Part shown: positions 22,531 to 36,205 of the stretch, piece after piece | Layout of the letters: every line of letters begins with the position of its first letter | Position numbering within the stretch: position 1 is the stretch's first letter | Source: Podarcis cretensis | Lineage: Eukaryota | Assembly: GCA_951804945.1 (NCBI GenBank) | Contig: OX638162.1 | Span: 34,782,001 to 34,846,000 of the forward strand | Length of the DNA: 64,000 nt | Direction of reading: 5' to 3' | Program-made: the position numbers and the translations under genes | The notes under the pieces: generated by a model | Told to the model about the DNA's origin: nothing | Databases searched by the model: none | Seen by the model: only the letters and a program-made list of their open reading frames with translations

Positions 22531-25500
22531 TTTTAATGGCTCTATAGCAATCCTTCTGCTTCTGCTTGTACAAGAGGTTTCACAAAAAAGAACACCATAT
22601 TTACATACAGTCCCGCCCATCTCACGTAACATTCTAATGCCGTGGGAGCCAATAGGTGCATTCTTGGTGTTGTTTGACTACAAGTTCCACCAGCCCCAGC
22701 CAGCATGGTGCAGGCCAGGAGGTAGATGCCCCCCCCCGTGACCAGAAAACTCCTTCTGTGAGCAGAGGAGCACCTTTGGATCCAACCCTATGTCATTGCA
22801 TAATGGCCTCTCAATTTAGTGATGATGTCACGGGGGGGGGGGGGGGGGTTTGGCAGTGCCCTAAGGTTCAGTTAAAGTGTAGTGCTAGGTAAGTTTACTC
22901 AGAAGTCAGTGCTCTTGTGTCCAGTGGGCTTTACTCCCAGGTAAATGTGTTTAGAATTTCAACCATAATAGCATTTGAGGTCAAAATTCAAGGCCAAGTC
23001 TGTGGAGTTAAATGCCAATTTTTAGAGTTTGGAAAACCAACTACCATGCCAATATTGTAATATTCTAAAGTTGGGTTTTAAAGTCTACATTGTGTTAAGT
23101 TGAACATCTGAAAATCCAATTTTTTAAAACTTGTTTTTCATTTGAGGGTCCATCTTACGTCTTCAGACAAATGGAGACTTTTGTCTGAAGACTTTTTGGA
23201 GCCCTGCATGTCCCAGATCCACAAGACTGACACCCGCAATTACAGAAGGCTGCCTAACTCCCCCACAGCCAGAAGATTCAGCAGGGCACAGCAGGATTAA
23301 TTAGAGGACATTAATCTTTGCAGATCCATGTCCTGGTGTGGCCTGCAGGCTTTATGAGTTGAATTTATTCGGGCCATTTCACTCTGTCTAGAGACTGACG
23401 GTTGGCTCATCAGGGATGTGGAAGTAGTCACTACATTAGCTAAATATTTAAATGCCTTGTAAGTTCAGCAACTTTTGTAGAACAAGTGAATAGATTCTTG
23501 ATGCCATGAATCCTACGCCCCAAAAATGTGTGTTACACTTTCAGTAGTACCTCCCCTCCCCATGAGAAAAGCCATCCTTTTCAGACACTTAAAACTGCCA
23601 TATCTGGATGGGAAGCTGCATGATGTCCATGGCCAATGTGGGAACTCAAAACTCAATCACAGAGTCTTGGAGCTGGCCACTTAAGCTGGCTACTAAGGAG
23701 CTCAAGAAGCAGCTATTACAACAAGAATCCAGAGGAGACTGAGATTTAAATCCTCTCTACCAGCTCCTCCACTTCCTTGTTGGGTCACTGTTTGCAGGCG
23801 GATGCTCTCCTGCCTCTTGAGTAGACCCCAGCAACAGAGCCTTCTTGAAGCGAAACATACACTCCTACAACTAATCCTGGATTCCCACCAGGTTCACTGT
23901 TGTTTTTGCTCTTGAGGTCTGGTGGATTGAAGAGGGAGAATCAATTATCAAGGATCTGTCAGAATGGCCACTGTGGGAGCCTGGATGAGACATCCAAGAG
24001 TTGAATTCACCTTAACTACATCTCACAGAACAATGTCTAGGATGGAGTTAGAGCCACCTTGGAATTTGAGCACCTACTGGTTTCCATGGCCAGGTGATCC
24101 AAGAGCTACTGATTTTCTCTCCCTACACTTTCCATCCACTTTAATTTTTACAGATAACAGATGCCTATAGCACCTAGGATGCACAGTTTTTTTGCCACAT
24201 TTGAAACACAGCTGCCATTTCCCGGAAGTCGCTGCTGCCCTGTTTTTGGTCTGTGTTTTATTTTTGGAGGGTAGATGTTCTGGTGTTGCTTTGTGGCAGA
24301 AAGGGTTTGAAGATTTTGAGCTTTTCTTCTAGAAAATGGATTTTTTTGTGGTGTTCATGACATTTCTTAGGGTTCTAAATCTACCCTCAGCACCACAAAA
24401 GTTGTGAAAATGCTTGTGACTCAGAAGGCCTTGTGATGTTGTTCTTTTAACAGTTGTTCTTTTGCCTTGGTTGTTTATATGACTCTTCATATTTATGATA
24501 TTAATTTTATTTAGTTTGAGGGTTCAGAATTTTTATTTTTATGAATTGATATTTCATTTTTTCCCTCTGTATGTATGCGTATAGAGAGGGAGAGGGAGAA
24601 AGGGGGGAGGAAGAGAGTCTCTGCTTCCAGGCAGAGGAGCAGGCTGTGAGTTAAACACATCAATATAAATACATACTAGACAAGAGCAAAAGGCGGCGGA
24701 GGGAGAAATTAGTTACATCTGAAGAAAATTGTTCTGGATAGAGTTAGTTTGGGCCAAAAGTTTAGACTGACTTCTCTTGAGAGCTTTACATATACAGGGC
24801 AGATGTTTTATCATTAATGAACCCTCAGCTAACTAACCCATTGCAATCAATCTTACTCATTGACATGAGGCATCTTCGGGACCCTTCGGAAGTGATCCTG
24901 ACATATCTTGTCAATGCGCCATGTTCGAAGAAGTAAAGCATCAAAGGCGATCATTTGACACTATCTATCATGTCAAAATTCTGCATCGTGGCACTTGCCA
25001 GGATGTGTTGAAACGTGGAAAATTGGCTCATAATACACACCTCAGCACAGATTGAAAGCCGAGGGCACGGCAGCAGAGAGAGAGAGAAGTATGTTAATCC
25101 AGCAGATGCCTGCCTTGTTCTAACAGCCTCAATACTTAAATTAAATGACGGAATTAGGAAAAACCAAACACCACATTTGTTGTGTAAAAAGTTACTATTT
25201 GTATACATTTTCAGAGTATCCCCAAACCCTGCAGTTTACTATCTTGAATGATTTTACAAAATTGACCAGAATTATCAGCTCTGTATTTCAGATGGGAAGG
25301 AATATTAACTGGTCTAAGGGCACCTTGTATATTCCTGGCTGTGGTGCGATTTGAACCAGGGACTGCTATTTCCCAATTGCCAGAAACCTCATGTGTGACA
25401 CTATGTGTGGGGTGTTTATAGACTAGAATGTGAATGGCACTTGGAGCGTATGGTAGCTGCTTCTGCTTCCTTCAAGTGGGGCTTTGTACACACCAGTTCA

Positions 25501-26112
25501 GCCCCGACTTACTTAGCATCAACCATAACCTATCATGTTTGGTGTTGACGGTATAGAAAAAGTATTTCAAGTTTACATAGAATCTTCTTCTTCTTCTTCC
25601 TCGTCCTCCTCCTTTTCCAGAATTGTGTAATTAATATCAGCATTAAAATGAGGAGGACAGAACTCACACTATTAGCCTCAGCAGCAGAAACCTCCTACAA
25701 AAAAAGAGGGATCAGTCTACTTCGTTGGGTTATTATTTACACCTGCTTCCCTCCTCGGGATGTTCATAAATACTTGTCATTGCCCTTACCACAAAGTCAG
25801 GGCATGTTTTCATTTGCTCATCAATCCCGCTTAAATATTTTATAAGTCACTGCTAAAGAATCCACAGGATTTTTGAAGCTTGAAACCATAGACCAAAAAT
25901 GTGTGTATGTGCGCGTGCACACACACACACACATGCAAGAAAGAAGAAACACAGCCCAATTGAAAAATCAAACCCTGACCGTCTTCATTACCTAAACTGT
26001 GCGAGAATAATTCAATTGCTTTGAGATAAATTTAGTCAAGGAACAAGGCAGCCAGGCTGCATAATTCATCAGCCATTTTAATCCTGTGCGGGCGAACATG
26101 AGGTCCCTTTTT

Positions 26113-26163
<51 letters not shown>
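26113..26163. repeat. (GA)n microsatellite
   Basis: Read directly. Confidence 0.95.
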
Positions 26164-26166
<3 letters not shown>

Positions 26167-26921
26167 GCTTCTTAAGAACATCTAAGAAAAACATGCTGTG
26201 AGTTGGCGATTTAGAAAGTGCAGGGGCTAAGAGATAAAACAAATAGAAAATAAGAACGCCTGTACTGTTTCCTTGGGAATATGGTGCAATTTTAGTACAA
26301 ATAAAAAGACAGAATATCATCACATTACAAATGTGCATGCCATCATAACTACTTTTTTTGCTTTAAACACATTCATAAAGGAAAAGAAGGCTTAGATTGT
26401 AAAACTACCTTGAAATGCGTTAACAAAGCTCATCCCCAGAGAAACTATGTCTGCCTGTGGCTGAGAATTAAAACAGCACTGTTTTAAAAAGAGTAGATAT
26501 TTATCTATATCATTTGGATATTACGGTGGCACTTTCAGTGGAAGAACCAAAATATGAATTAAGAAATTCCAGGTGATGCAGCCCATCCAGGATCATAACG
26601 CTGCTCAAGTCCTGATTGCGGATTTCTAGCAGGCATCTGGTTGGCCACTGTGGGAAAAGGTTAAGAACATAAGCACATAAAACCACAGTGACCAGATACC
26701 TGTGGGAAGCCTGAGGGCTGAACATGAGCACAACAGCTTTGTGTCTACCTGCAAGTCTGAGCAAATGGCATTCAGAGGCATAATGGCTCTGACAGTGGAG
26801 GTAGAACATAGCCATTATGGCTAGTAGCCAGATGCAGGAGTAAATGGGCCATTGGCCCGATCCAGCGGACTCTTCTTAACTACCACATTAAATAAATAAA
26901 ACTACCACATTAAATAAATAT

Positions 26922-27285
26922 GACCTGGGTGGCGCTGTGGTGTAAACCAGTGAGCCTTGGTCTTGCCGATCAGAAGGTTGGTGGTTCAAATCCCCATAAT
27001 GGGATGAACTTCCCTTGTTCAATCCCTACTTCTGCCAACCTAGCAGTTCGAAAGCACATCAAGGTGCAAGTAGATAAATAGGTACCGTTCCAGTGGGAAG
27101 GTAAACGGCAGTTCCGTGCACTGCTCTGGATTCGCCAGAAGCGGCTTAGTCATGCTGGCCACATGATTTGAAAAAAAAACTGTTTGTGGACAAACGTTGG
27201 CTTCCTCGGCCAGTAAAGCGAGATGAGCACCGCAACCCCGGAGTCGTTCATGACTGGACTTAACTGTCAGGGGTCCTTTACCTTT
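26922..27285 (+). mobile_element. Sauria SINE
   Basis: Head GGGTGGCGCTGTGG..., conserved body and tail GGGGTCCTTTACCTTT. Confidence 0.9.
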
Positions 27286-29019
27286 TTTTGCTACTAAAAA
27301 TATTATCCCTGACATATTCTTTTAATGTGCAATGAATAAGAAAAAAATGGGAAGCCCTCTTTGAAAACATGGCTTCTCTTCTTCATTGTTTAATTCACCC
27401 CAGCTTTACATAGCTTTACATAGCAAGATAAGCAGAAATCCTTGCAATCTGTGGGAAGGGGGGGGGGGGAGAAGTCTATCCTTGTCATCTTTCTATTGGC
27501 AGATATACCGCACAATAGTGTGCCATGCAGCAAGGTCACAAACTAGGGTTGGGAAAATTTTCATTTCCCAAGGACCTCTGGAATTCCACTGGATTTCTTA
27601 GCCATCACTGGTGGCCTCACCTGGTCAATTGTCACACAAGAAGAAGCCAACATGGTCCTCTCCAGAAATTGTTAGACTCCAGTTCCCATCAGCCCCAGCC
27701 AGCATAGTCAATAGTCAGGGTTGATGAGAAATGGAGACCAACTGCCAGGTTGCCTACCTCTGATGAAGCAAGTACTGCGGAAGGAAGAGACTTCTCTTCC
27801 TGCAGCTTGCCATAGATTGCCACTGCCACAGGGGCTGAATCACCAATGCAGTAAGTGGCATGGAAGAAAAAAGGAAATGAAAGGGGGAGCCTCTGGTGAA
27901 GTTGGGAGAGATGGGATTTGGGTGCTCTCAAGGGGCAAAGTCAAGTTGACATAGAAAAGTCAGATTTTTTTTCTGATGTAAGGGGGATAGCTTGGCTTGT
28001 TTCTGAACAAGCTGAACATGTGCTAATTAGAGCTAGGTGGGCTAAACAAAATAAATAAATTAAAAAATAACTAAAATGCAAGCAACAAATCAGTGCTGCT
28101 CTTTCCTTGGTTTAACCAATGGTTAACCAAGAAAAAAGTTAAATGAAACAGAAGCAAAAAGGAAGGAAGAAAAAACCCTTCACCAAGGAAAGCAAGCCTA
28201 ACCTGTACCTAAGCAAATTAGTCATTATGGAACAGTGACTTCTTTTTCTTTCTCCTGAAAGCATCCTACAACTTCAGGAGGCCTTTCCAGATCACTGCAA
28301 GTAACAATTATTCTCTCTTAAATTTGCAGAATGTTACAAGTTCCATAGAGGACCAAAGTCGTTCACTGTTTATTTCTGCAGTACCAATTTGAGGAAAAAG
28401 TATGTCATGCAATCTGCAGAACAGGACATAAAAGCTACTTACGGCCCTGTCTTTTCCAATAGCTTAATGCTCAGATGGGAAGCTGAGAAGTGTTTATCAC
28501 GAAACGGTTTACACTCAGAGAGATCAGCTGCATATAATGAAGGCTAAGGGTTCACACTGGCCATAAATAATAACTTTGGTAATTTACTGGGAAGTAGTTC
28601 TCTCCCCCTCAAACAGTTTCCATAATGCTGAAGCAAATTTGATAAGAACTTCTATAATTCCCAAACCTTATGGTATTTTTGTTAAAAAAACACACAAAGT
28701 TGAAGCACTAGGATTTGGTTGCAGGAGCTGCTGTGATATTCTCAGCTGCCCCACAGAAAGCAACCTGTTACTGTCCACTCCCATTAGTACACACAACTTT
28801 CCACTTCCCCCAACCCAAAACAACAATGGACATTCTGCTAGTATTCTAATTTTGCTTGAGCTGGAAATCCCACCCTCTCTTTTCACAATGCCATTTTCAT
28901 CTCCATAGACTGTTTCATACATTCTGCACCTTACAGAATCACCACTTCACCTTTCTTTGAAAAATAAGGTGGGATATAGATGCTTAAAGTAAATGAATAC
29001 TGCATGCATCACCTCATCC

Positions 29020-30081
29020 AGTTTGGAAACAAAGCAACTGGTCACCTCACGTTAAAAATGGTATTGTAGAGCTGGAAAAAGTTCAGGAAAATGCAATCAA
29101 AATCAACTCACCTGTGATGAAATATCGCAACATTTGGGACTTTTAAATTTGGAGCGGGAGGTGAGTGAAGGGGAACATGATAACAGGTGTATTAAAAAAT
29201 GCATTGGGTAACAAAGGTGGACAAAGAAAAGTTTTTCTTCCCTCTCACATAATACTAGAAGCTAGGACCATCTGAAAGTTGGGAGATTCAGAACAGACAA
29301 AAAAAGAGAGCATACTTCTTTACACTACACACAGTTAAACTACAGAATTCACTCACACAAGCAGAAGAGATGGCTACTGTCAGATGGCAGTGGTGGTTGC
29401 TCGTGAGTAACCAGTCAGGACTCCGACCTGTCTTTTACAGGTTTTATTTTGGTGCAAAACTATTTACAGTGCAGAACCACAAGTTCATGTCTGCCACAAT
29501 TGCTAGCAGAATCCGGGAGTGGTCATTTCCGGGTCCTCCCCCAACATAATAGCTTAGTCACCCCCAGCCTTTCCCTTCCTTCTTTGCGTTTTACGCCTCT
29601 GTGCAGGGTGGGCGACGGAAGAGGCGTACTTCCCTCCTGGCTGGCTTGACCAGGAGTGGTGCTGAGGCTCCCAGCAGCATCCTCTGGTCCCTTCCCCTCT
29701 TCCCCACTGGAGGTGTGGCTTTCCTCATCACCGGAAGAGGAACTGCTTCACAAGATTTTCGCAGGTTCCCTGTAACCCAACTGCCCCTCTGTTTCCCCTC
29801 CCTGTTCCAATGGCAGTCCCCTGACAGCCACCAACTTGGATGTTTTAAAAGAGGATTAGGCAAATTCATGGAAAATACGTCCACCAATGGCTACTAACCA
29901 TGGAGGCTATGCTCTATCTCCACTCATAGGCCTATGAATGCCACTTGCTGGGAGTCCACAAGTGAGAAGAGTGCTGTTGCATTCATTCTGTTTGCAGCCT
30001 TCCCATAGGCATCTGGTTAGCCGCTGTGAGAAATGGATGCTGGACTACGTAAGCCTTTGGTATGATCCAACAGGCTCTTTA
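29020..30081 (+). mobile_element. CR1 LINE 3' fragment interrupted by a solo LTR and a Sauria SINE
   Basis: CR1 ORF2-end-like sequence (GAGCTGGAAAAAGTTCAG...) and 3'UTR resume exactly after the LTR TSD. Confidence 0.78.
29378..29826 (-). mobile_element. Solo LTR (449 bp) of an LTR retrotransposon/ERV
   Basis: Termini TGTCAG...CTGACA and a 5-bp TSD GCTAC/GCCAC (1 mismatch). AATAAA lies on the minus strand near 29445. The element interrupts an otherwise contiguous CR1 sequence. Confidence 0.8.
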
Positions 30082-30430
30082 GGGGCACGGGTGGCGTTGT
30101 GGGTTAAACCACAGAGCCTAGGACTTGCCGATCGGAAGGTCATGGTTCGTGACAGGGTGAGCTCCCGTTGCTCGGTCCCAGCTCCTGCCAACCTAGCAGT
30201 TCGAAAGCACGTCAAAGTGCAAGTAGATAAATAGGTACCGCTCCGGCGGGAAGGTAAACGGCGTTTCCGTGGGCTGTTCAGGTTCGCCAGAAGCGGATCA
30301 GTTATGCTGGCAACATGACCAGGAAGCTGTACGCCGGCTCCCTTGGCCAATAAAGCAAGATGAGCGCCGCAACCCCAGAGTCAGTCACGACTGGACCTAA
30401 CAGTCAGGGGTCCCTTTACCTTTACCTTTT
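30082..30430 (+). mobile_element. Sauria SINE
   Basis: Full length, with a 13-bp TSD AACAGKCTCTTTA at 30069-30081 and 30431-30443. Confidence 0.93.
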
Positions 30431-31553
30431 AACAGTCTCTTTATCTTCTACTGGAGAGAGCTCTTTTAGTATATTATGTGCATTTTTTTACTTTTCTGGA
30501 GACAAGAGAACACCTAGGGCTCTGAAGTTGGGACCCATAGTAAGGTAGCGGAAGCTCTCATAATGTATTTTACGGGGAGAATGCAAACATACACATTGTA
30601 GTGGGAAAACACATACAGAATGCAGATAAAATAAAATGCACATTTTAGGGGAAAGTGTGTAGAATATAAACACGAACTCTTTGTGTATTCAACACCCCAC
30701 ACAAAAAAATAAAGAAAGAAAATGAGATGGAACAGGTTTAGGATTGAGTAAATGTGAAACTAATATGCAACAAAAATAGCTGATCTGCCCATCCCTGGTC
30801 TCAGCGAATGAAATGTTGTAAGTCTTCCAGAATTGTTTCCCATATCAAAGGAAGCTGTAATGTTTAAGGCTAAGAACAGCCAAGGTCAGTAATGGAAAGG
30901 CAAATGTGATTAAGTAATCTCCAACACGATAGCAACTGTGACCTTTGCATTTCATTTCAAAAATCTGCCTATCGTGTTAGCAAAATAATATAGTGCAGGA
31001 CAGATACTGCTTCATTTAATACACTAAGCAGATTAATGACAACCTAATATTTAACGTGCAAATTACATGTGTGGCAATAACAGTGGCATATTTTAACATG
31101 GGGGCAATATATTCTTTTTTTATTTGTTTTCAACAATTTTGCCGTTGAGTGAGAGATTACACACACCATTCCTTATGTTCTGATTTTTTTAAAAAAATTA
31201 TAGTCTACACTGAACATTTTGCCAATCATCTGTTTAGCCACATAAAAGGAATTTGCTCATTCATTCCAGATTACTTAATCTATTCTTTTATATATGATTG
31301 TGCTGCTAATTGATGTAGCCATTGACTCATTTCTGCCATGAGCTCACTATAATGAACTTAGAGTGCGCACACACACAACATTTTATTAGGGAATCAATTG
31401 AGATATAGCACTTGCTGTTTTCTATGTAGTACACACACAAGCTAGATCTAGTCCAATAATTTTTTTTTGCCCCTGAAAAGTATTTCTTGAGAAACTATTT
31501 TCATTCAGAAAAGAAAAGCTTCTTGCAGATTGATTCTCCATTACCCTGCAGGG

Positions 31554-31689
31554 CAGGCATAGGCAAACTCGGCCCTCCAGATGTGTTGGGACTACAACTC
31601 CCATCATCCCTGACCACTGGTCCTGTTAGGTAGGGATGATGGGAGTTGTAGTCCCAAAGCATCTGGAGGGCTGATTTTGCCTATGCCTG
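31554..31689. mobile_element. Palindromic hAT MITE (MER5-like architecture)
   Basis: Near-perfect 136-bp hairpin CAGGCATAGGCAAA...TTTGCCTATGCCTG, with an 8-bp TSD CTGCAGGG/CTGCAGCG. Confidence 0.88.
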
Positions 31690-34600
31690 CTGCAGCGTGT
31701 CCATTTGAAAAAAGATGAAGGTGATTCCAGCAATGGAAGATGTATATCCACATGTCCCCAATAACATTGTGGGTGAACGTATATCAAGACCACAGTCACC
31801 ACTTCTTTCTTCATTCACCAGTGGCTTGTCCAGGGAGGAAAAGGCATGGATAATTTAATCAAAGGGAGAGTTTTTCAAATATGCATTAAGTAATCAAACC
31901 CATTCTTCTGGGTGGCAGGATCTAGAATCAATCTATAATGAAAGCAGCATAAAAGATGAGCATGAATGATTCCAGACTGAGATCCCCACCCCCTACAAAC
32001 AGGTTAGTGTGTACACAGCCTTAGGATCTCACTGAACCTCAGTCAACCCATCGGCATGGAAGACAACCATACTAAGTTCAATTTACAGGGTTATTGTAAG
32101 AAAGAGATGGCAAATCTGTAGCTATCCCCATATTGTTGAACTCCAAATCCCATCAGCCCCAGACAACATGATCATTGAGCTCTGTTCCTCCCCTTAAAAA
32201 TCTGGTGCAGCCACAGGTAGACCCCCTCCAGCTGAATCTTGTTCTGCAATGCATTGCACAGCCATCTTCAGTAATGCATTTCTGTTTGTGCAGCAACATT
32301 CTGCCAGCACAATATAGCTTAGCACTATGTTGGGCACAACCCTCGGACTATAAAACATACATCATTTTAAATACATCCTATTTTTTTGGGGGGGGGCACA
32401 GCAATTGCACTAGTGCCCTGCTTGGGACTCTGTCAGGGCAATTTTTATACATCCCCCTTCCCACTACAGATCTGTCCAGTTCATCTCACACCCAGCCTTC
32501 TCTTTTCTTCCCTCCCTTTCATTTTCGTGTCCAGGACTTGATGGCATTTCATTCTGATCCAGCCAGGCTCCTCTTGAGTAATTTCCCACTCAACTGCAAT
32601 TTTTTATTTTATTTTTGCTTAAGATCCTAAGTAGTATGTTCATTTCTGTCAGCAGCAAGCTTCAAAATCCTCCTCCAAACAGAGTGCGCTGCTACAAAAC
32701 ATAACATTTCACAGACTAACATTGCTGAAATGCAGCTGAATCGTTGCACGAGAAGGTACTAGCAGTGCACATTTAGGACAGTAATCTGACTACTTCCCCC
32801 CCCCCTTCCTTATTTCAAATAGGACTAAGTAGCTCACCAAATTAATGCATGCTCCAATTTGGTGTACTGCACACACCGCGTCTACTTTCATAATGAGTCA
32901 GGCTCAAGGGCTGGAAGCCATCTTTGCAATGGGCCTCCTCAGTTGCATAAAATACCTGGAGGTAGATCCGCTTAGTAACCATCCTTCCCTGATTGACAGA
33001 TGTTTCCCTATAGCTCGGAGGCATGTCTGTTCCGCTCCACTTTGCGTACCGGAGACATACTTTCAAAGCAAAAGCTATCTTGGATCCAGCACTAATTAGA
33101 GGCCCTGAGAATAAGATGAGCATGGAATAGAGTTGCCACTGCCAAGAGTCCAACATTTGGCAAGATGCTCCATTAGTGAAGGCTTGCCCCTCAATGGAGG
33201 CATTCTAGTCCCGTTCCCCCCCCCCCACATACCCAAAAAAGCCAAGCATCCAATCAGGGTTGTATGATTTATAAACACACATCTAAGATCCCCCCCCGGA
33301 GCCCTATAAATAGGAAGCTGTGAAATTTTAAAGCTGTGCCGAAATCTGCACTCTCAGTTTCTCACAACATTTTCTTCACCTGCAATAGAGGCTTCGGCTC
33401 CCCACCACCACCACTTTCTAAAGGTGCCTTAGCATCTTTTTACACTTTCAGGGGCTGTGGGATTGCACTCAACTTAATCATTGCAAAGTGGCCATGGGTG
33501 GTGGGTTTCTCCCCTCCCCTGTCAACATTAAGCAGTCCTTTTTAAAAGTAGGGCTTCACAGATCCTGGGATGTGGTGGGGAGATTTCATAAATATTTGCA
33601 CATCCATCAAAAGTGCAACTTTTGATTTCTGGACATTTCTTTCAAAACACTTAAAAGACAGATATCTCTGGCCTGCAACTATTTTGTCTTGAGATCCCCC
33701 TGTAAATATTTTCTGTCTTTTAAGTGCTATGTTAAGGCATCTTTATCTATATATTTATCTATATATTTATATATCCAGTCCTCATACATTGATAAAAGCT
33801 CTTTGGCAGCCCCACAAGATGGCGTAGGTTATAGGGCACCCCCCCCCCGCCAGCTTCACCTTTACAAACACACCTCATGGATGGGCAGCAGTCACATGCA
33901 CAGCTGCTTACCACAATGCCTATGGTCAAACCTTCACATCTGTAACCAACAAAGTTGTAGCCTTATTTGATCCCAAACCAATATGCCATGTGTTGTCTAG
34001 TTATTTAGGGAACAGGGTGGTCACGGGGCCTTGATACACAACTAAAATATACATACATTGTCATTAACAAAACAGCTTTTTTATTTATGTGACAAAACCT
34101 TTCAGCATTTGTGTGACTACCTCATCATACACAGCCATGGAGTTTATAATATAAATGAAGTAAGCTGTTTTATAGAGAATCAGACCATCGGTCCATCCAG
34201 CTAATTATTGCTTAACCTGACTGGTTTTAGATGGAAAGTCTTTCCCAGTTTTACCTGGAAATGCTGGGGATTGAATTTGGGACCTTCTGAATGCAAAGAA
34301 GTGTACAATAGGCAAGTTTGTATTAAAAAGCAAAATGGAACACATTCCCCCCTCCTTACTGGCAGTATCACCTCACTTTCCTCACTTTTTAGTCTTCAAC
34401 CTTGGGTCATTCAGAAGTTGTTGTAATCTGATGTCTGATGTCCTTCACATTACAACTTCCATCACCCCTGAATATTGGCTACAGTGTCTGGAGATGATGG
34501 AGGCTGTAATCTAGCAACATATTGGGAAACAAGGTTGAAGAACTTTGATCTAGATGCATTGAGATGGGTGAACATGGAACTGCCAATACAAAAGAGCACT

Positions 34601-36205
34601 TACCAGAGAAGAGGATGGGTAACTTTGAAAAAGGAGGGTTGGATTCTTGGTCCTCTAGCCTTAACTATTCTTAAAGTGAATCTCCTGGTTACTTAGTTGC
34701 TGTTGACCCCATGTCTGCTTAAACCTTTATTATCCATTTATAGTGAGACATGAAGCTGGATGTGAACAGTCTCCAAAACAACAACTAGTAAGACTGAGCA
34801 AGGATTTCCACCCAGATCTCTTTGCTCCTCACACAGCTCTAGTGATACAGACTCTAATCAAGCCAAACCAGAAGCCAGTATTTCCCAGCTCCTCCAGGGA
34901 TGTTATTAACTGCAGGAATGTTTTGCTGGCAGTCCCTGACTTGACCCGATCCCTAAAATATGGTGTGCCAAGAATCTGTTAAGAAAGCCAGTTGCCTATG
35001 AAAATTTAATCCCTTTTAAAATCTCGGATAATAAAATGCTTTGGTAATGCAGAATGAACCAAATGCTTTAATTAAACAACTGTAATTATATGTTTGAATC
35101 CATAATTTGTTCAGTGAACTGAAAATCCCCAAACACCACCAACTATTCTTGGTCTCTGCATGACATAATTTGAGAGTATGAGTGGAGAATCAGACTCCAA
35201 ATCACCCTCTTTATATATATCTCTCTGAACAATCCACAGCAGTGACAAAAATCCCTATTGAGCATCCAACTTCTAATCCATTTTGCAGGGGGGGGTACTT
35301 TAAATGTAGAACTGAGATGCCAAATTTCTGCTAATGAGTCTGATGAAAACAGTATTCTGAATTATATTAGAAGTGTGAACCTACTGCTAAGTGTTTTGAA
35401 TAAATAAACCATCTAGTGAGCTGTTAGGTTTCCAAACACTGTGGATAATTGATGCTCTGTGTTATTGCTACTTAATCACTGTGGATTCACACCCAGCTAT
35501 GATCAGTTTATATACCCACCCCCTTGGCACTAAATCTGCAATTGTCTTATTATTACATCTCCTGTCAATTTAGAAATATCTCAACATTGAAAATCAGTAT
35601 GTTCATAATAATCATGAAAAAGTTGTGATTACTTAAGAGGAACAAGAAGTAAACAGTCCAATGATTTAAAAATAAATAAAAAGTAGCAGAGAAATAATTC
35701 AGTATTTGAAGCCAGAATAAGAGAAATTAAGCAAATGTCCACCAGTTCCCCAGCATGCAAAATTGCTCACTGATTCATTAAAAAAACAAGTGCTGAAAGT
35801 ACTTATCATTTTAACTATTCCTAGAAAAATGTCCACTTATTCATTTACAAGTGTAAATGACACTGTCCTTCCTCTTACTTTTAATTGCCTTCACCTCGCC
35901 TCTGTGATGTCATCATGTATCCTAATCTGATTGGTTAAAAAATATCATGACAGCATTTCAGTTCCCAGATTAGCTGGCACCACCTATGATTGACCAAAGA
36001 AGGGGGGTGGGAAGCTGTTGCCAGAAATAACAATGACACCAGATGAATACACTGGGGAACAATTTTTTACTTTTTGAATGTTGTCTAGATTTCTACAACT
36101 GATTTAGGGTATTTTTGCATTGCTGAATCAGGAAATGCCATCCGTTTCTCTCCATCAGGTCAGGTTTACTGTAAACTGAATGGTGGGCATTGATAAAGGT
36201 AAGTA

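Noticed and set aside
24858-24916. Possible miRNA hairpin CATTGACA...TGTCAATG
   Set aside because: Only about 8 bp pair cleanly, and the inner region does not form a continuous stem by eye.
28107-28131. Near-palindrome CTTGGTTTAACCAATGGTTAACCAAG
   Set aside because: Too short and isolated, with no TSD or second copy to give it meaning.
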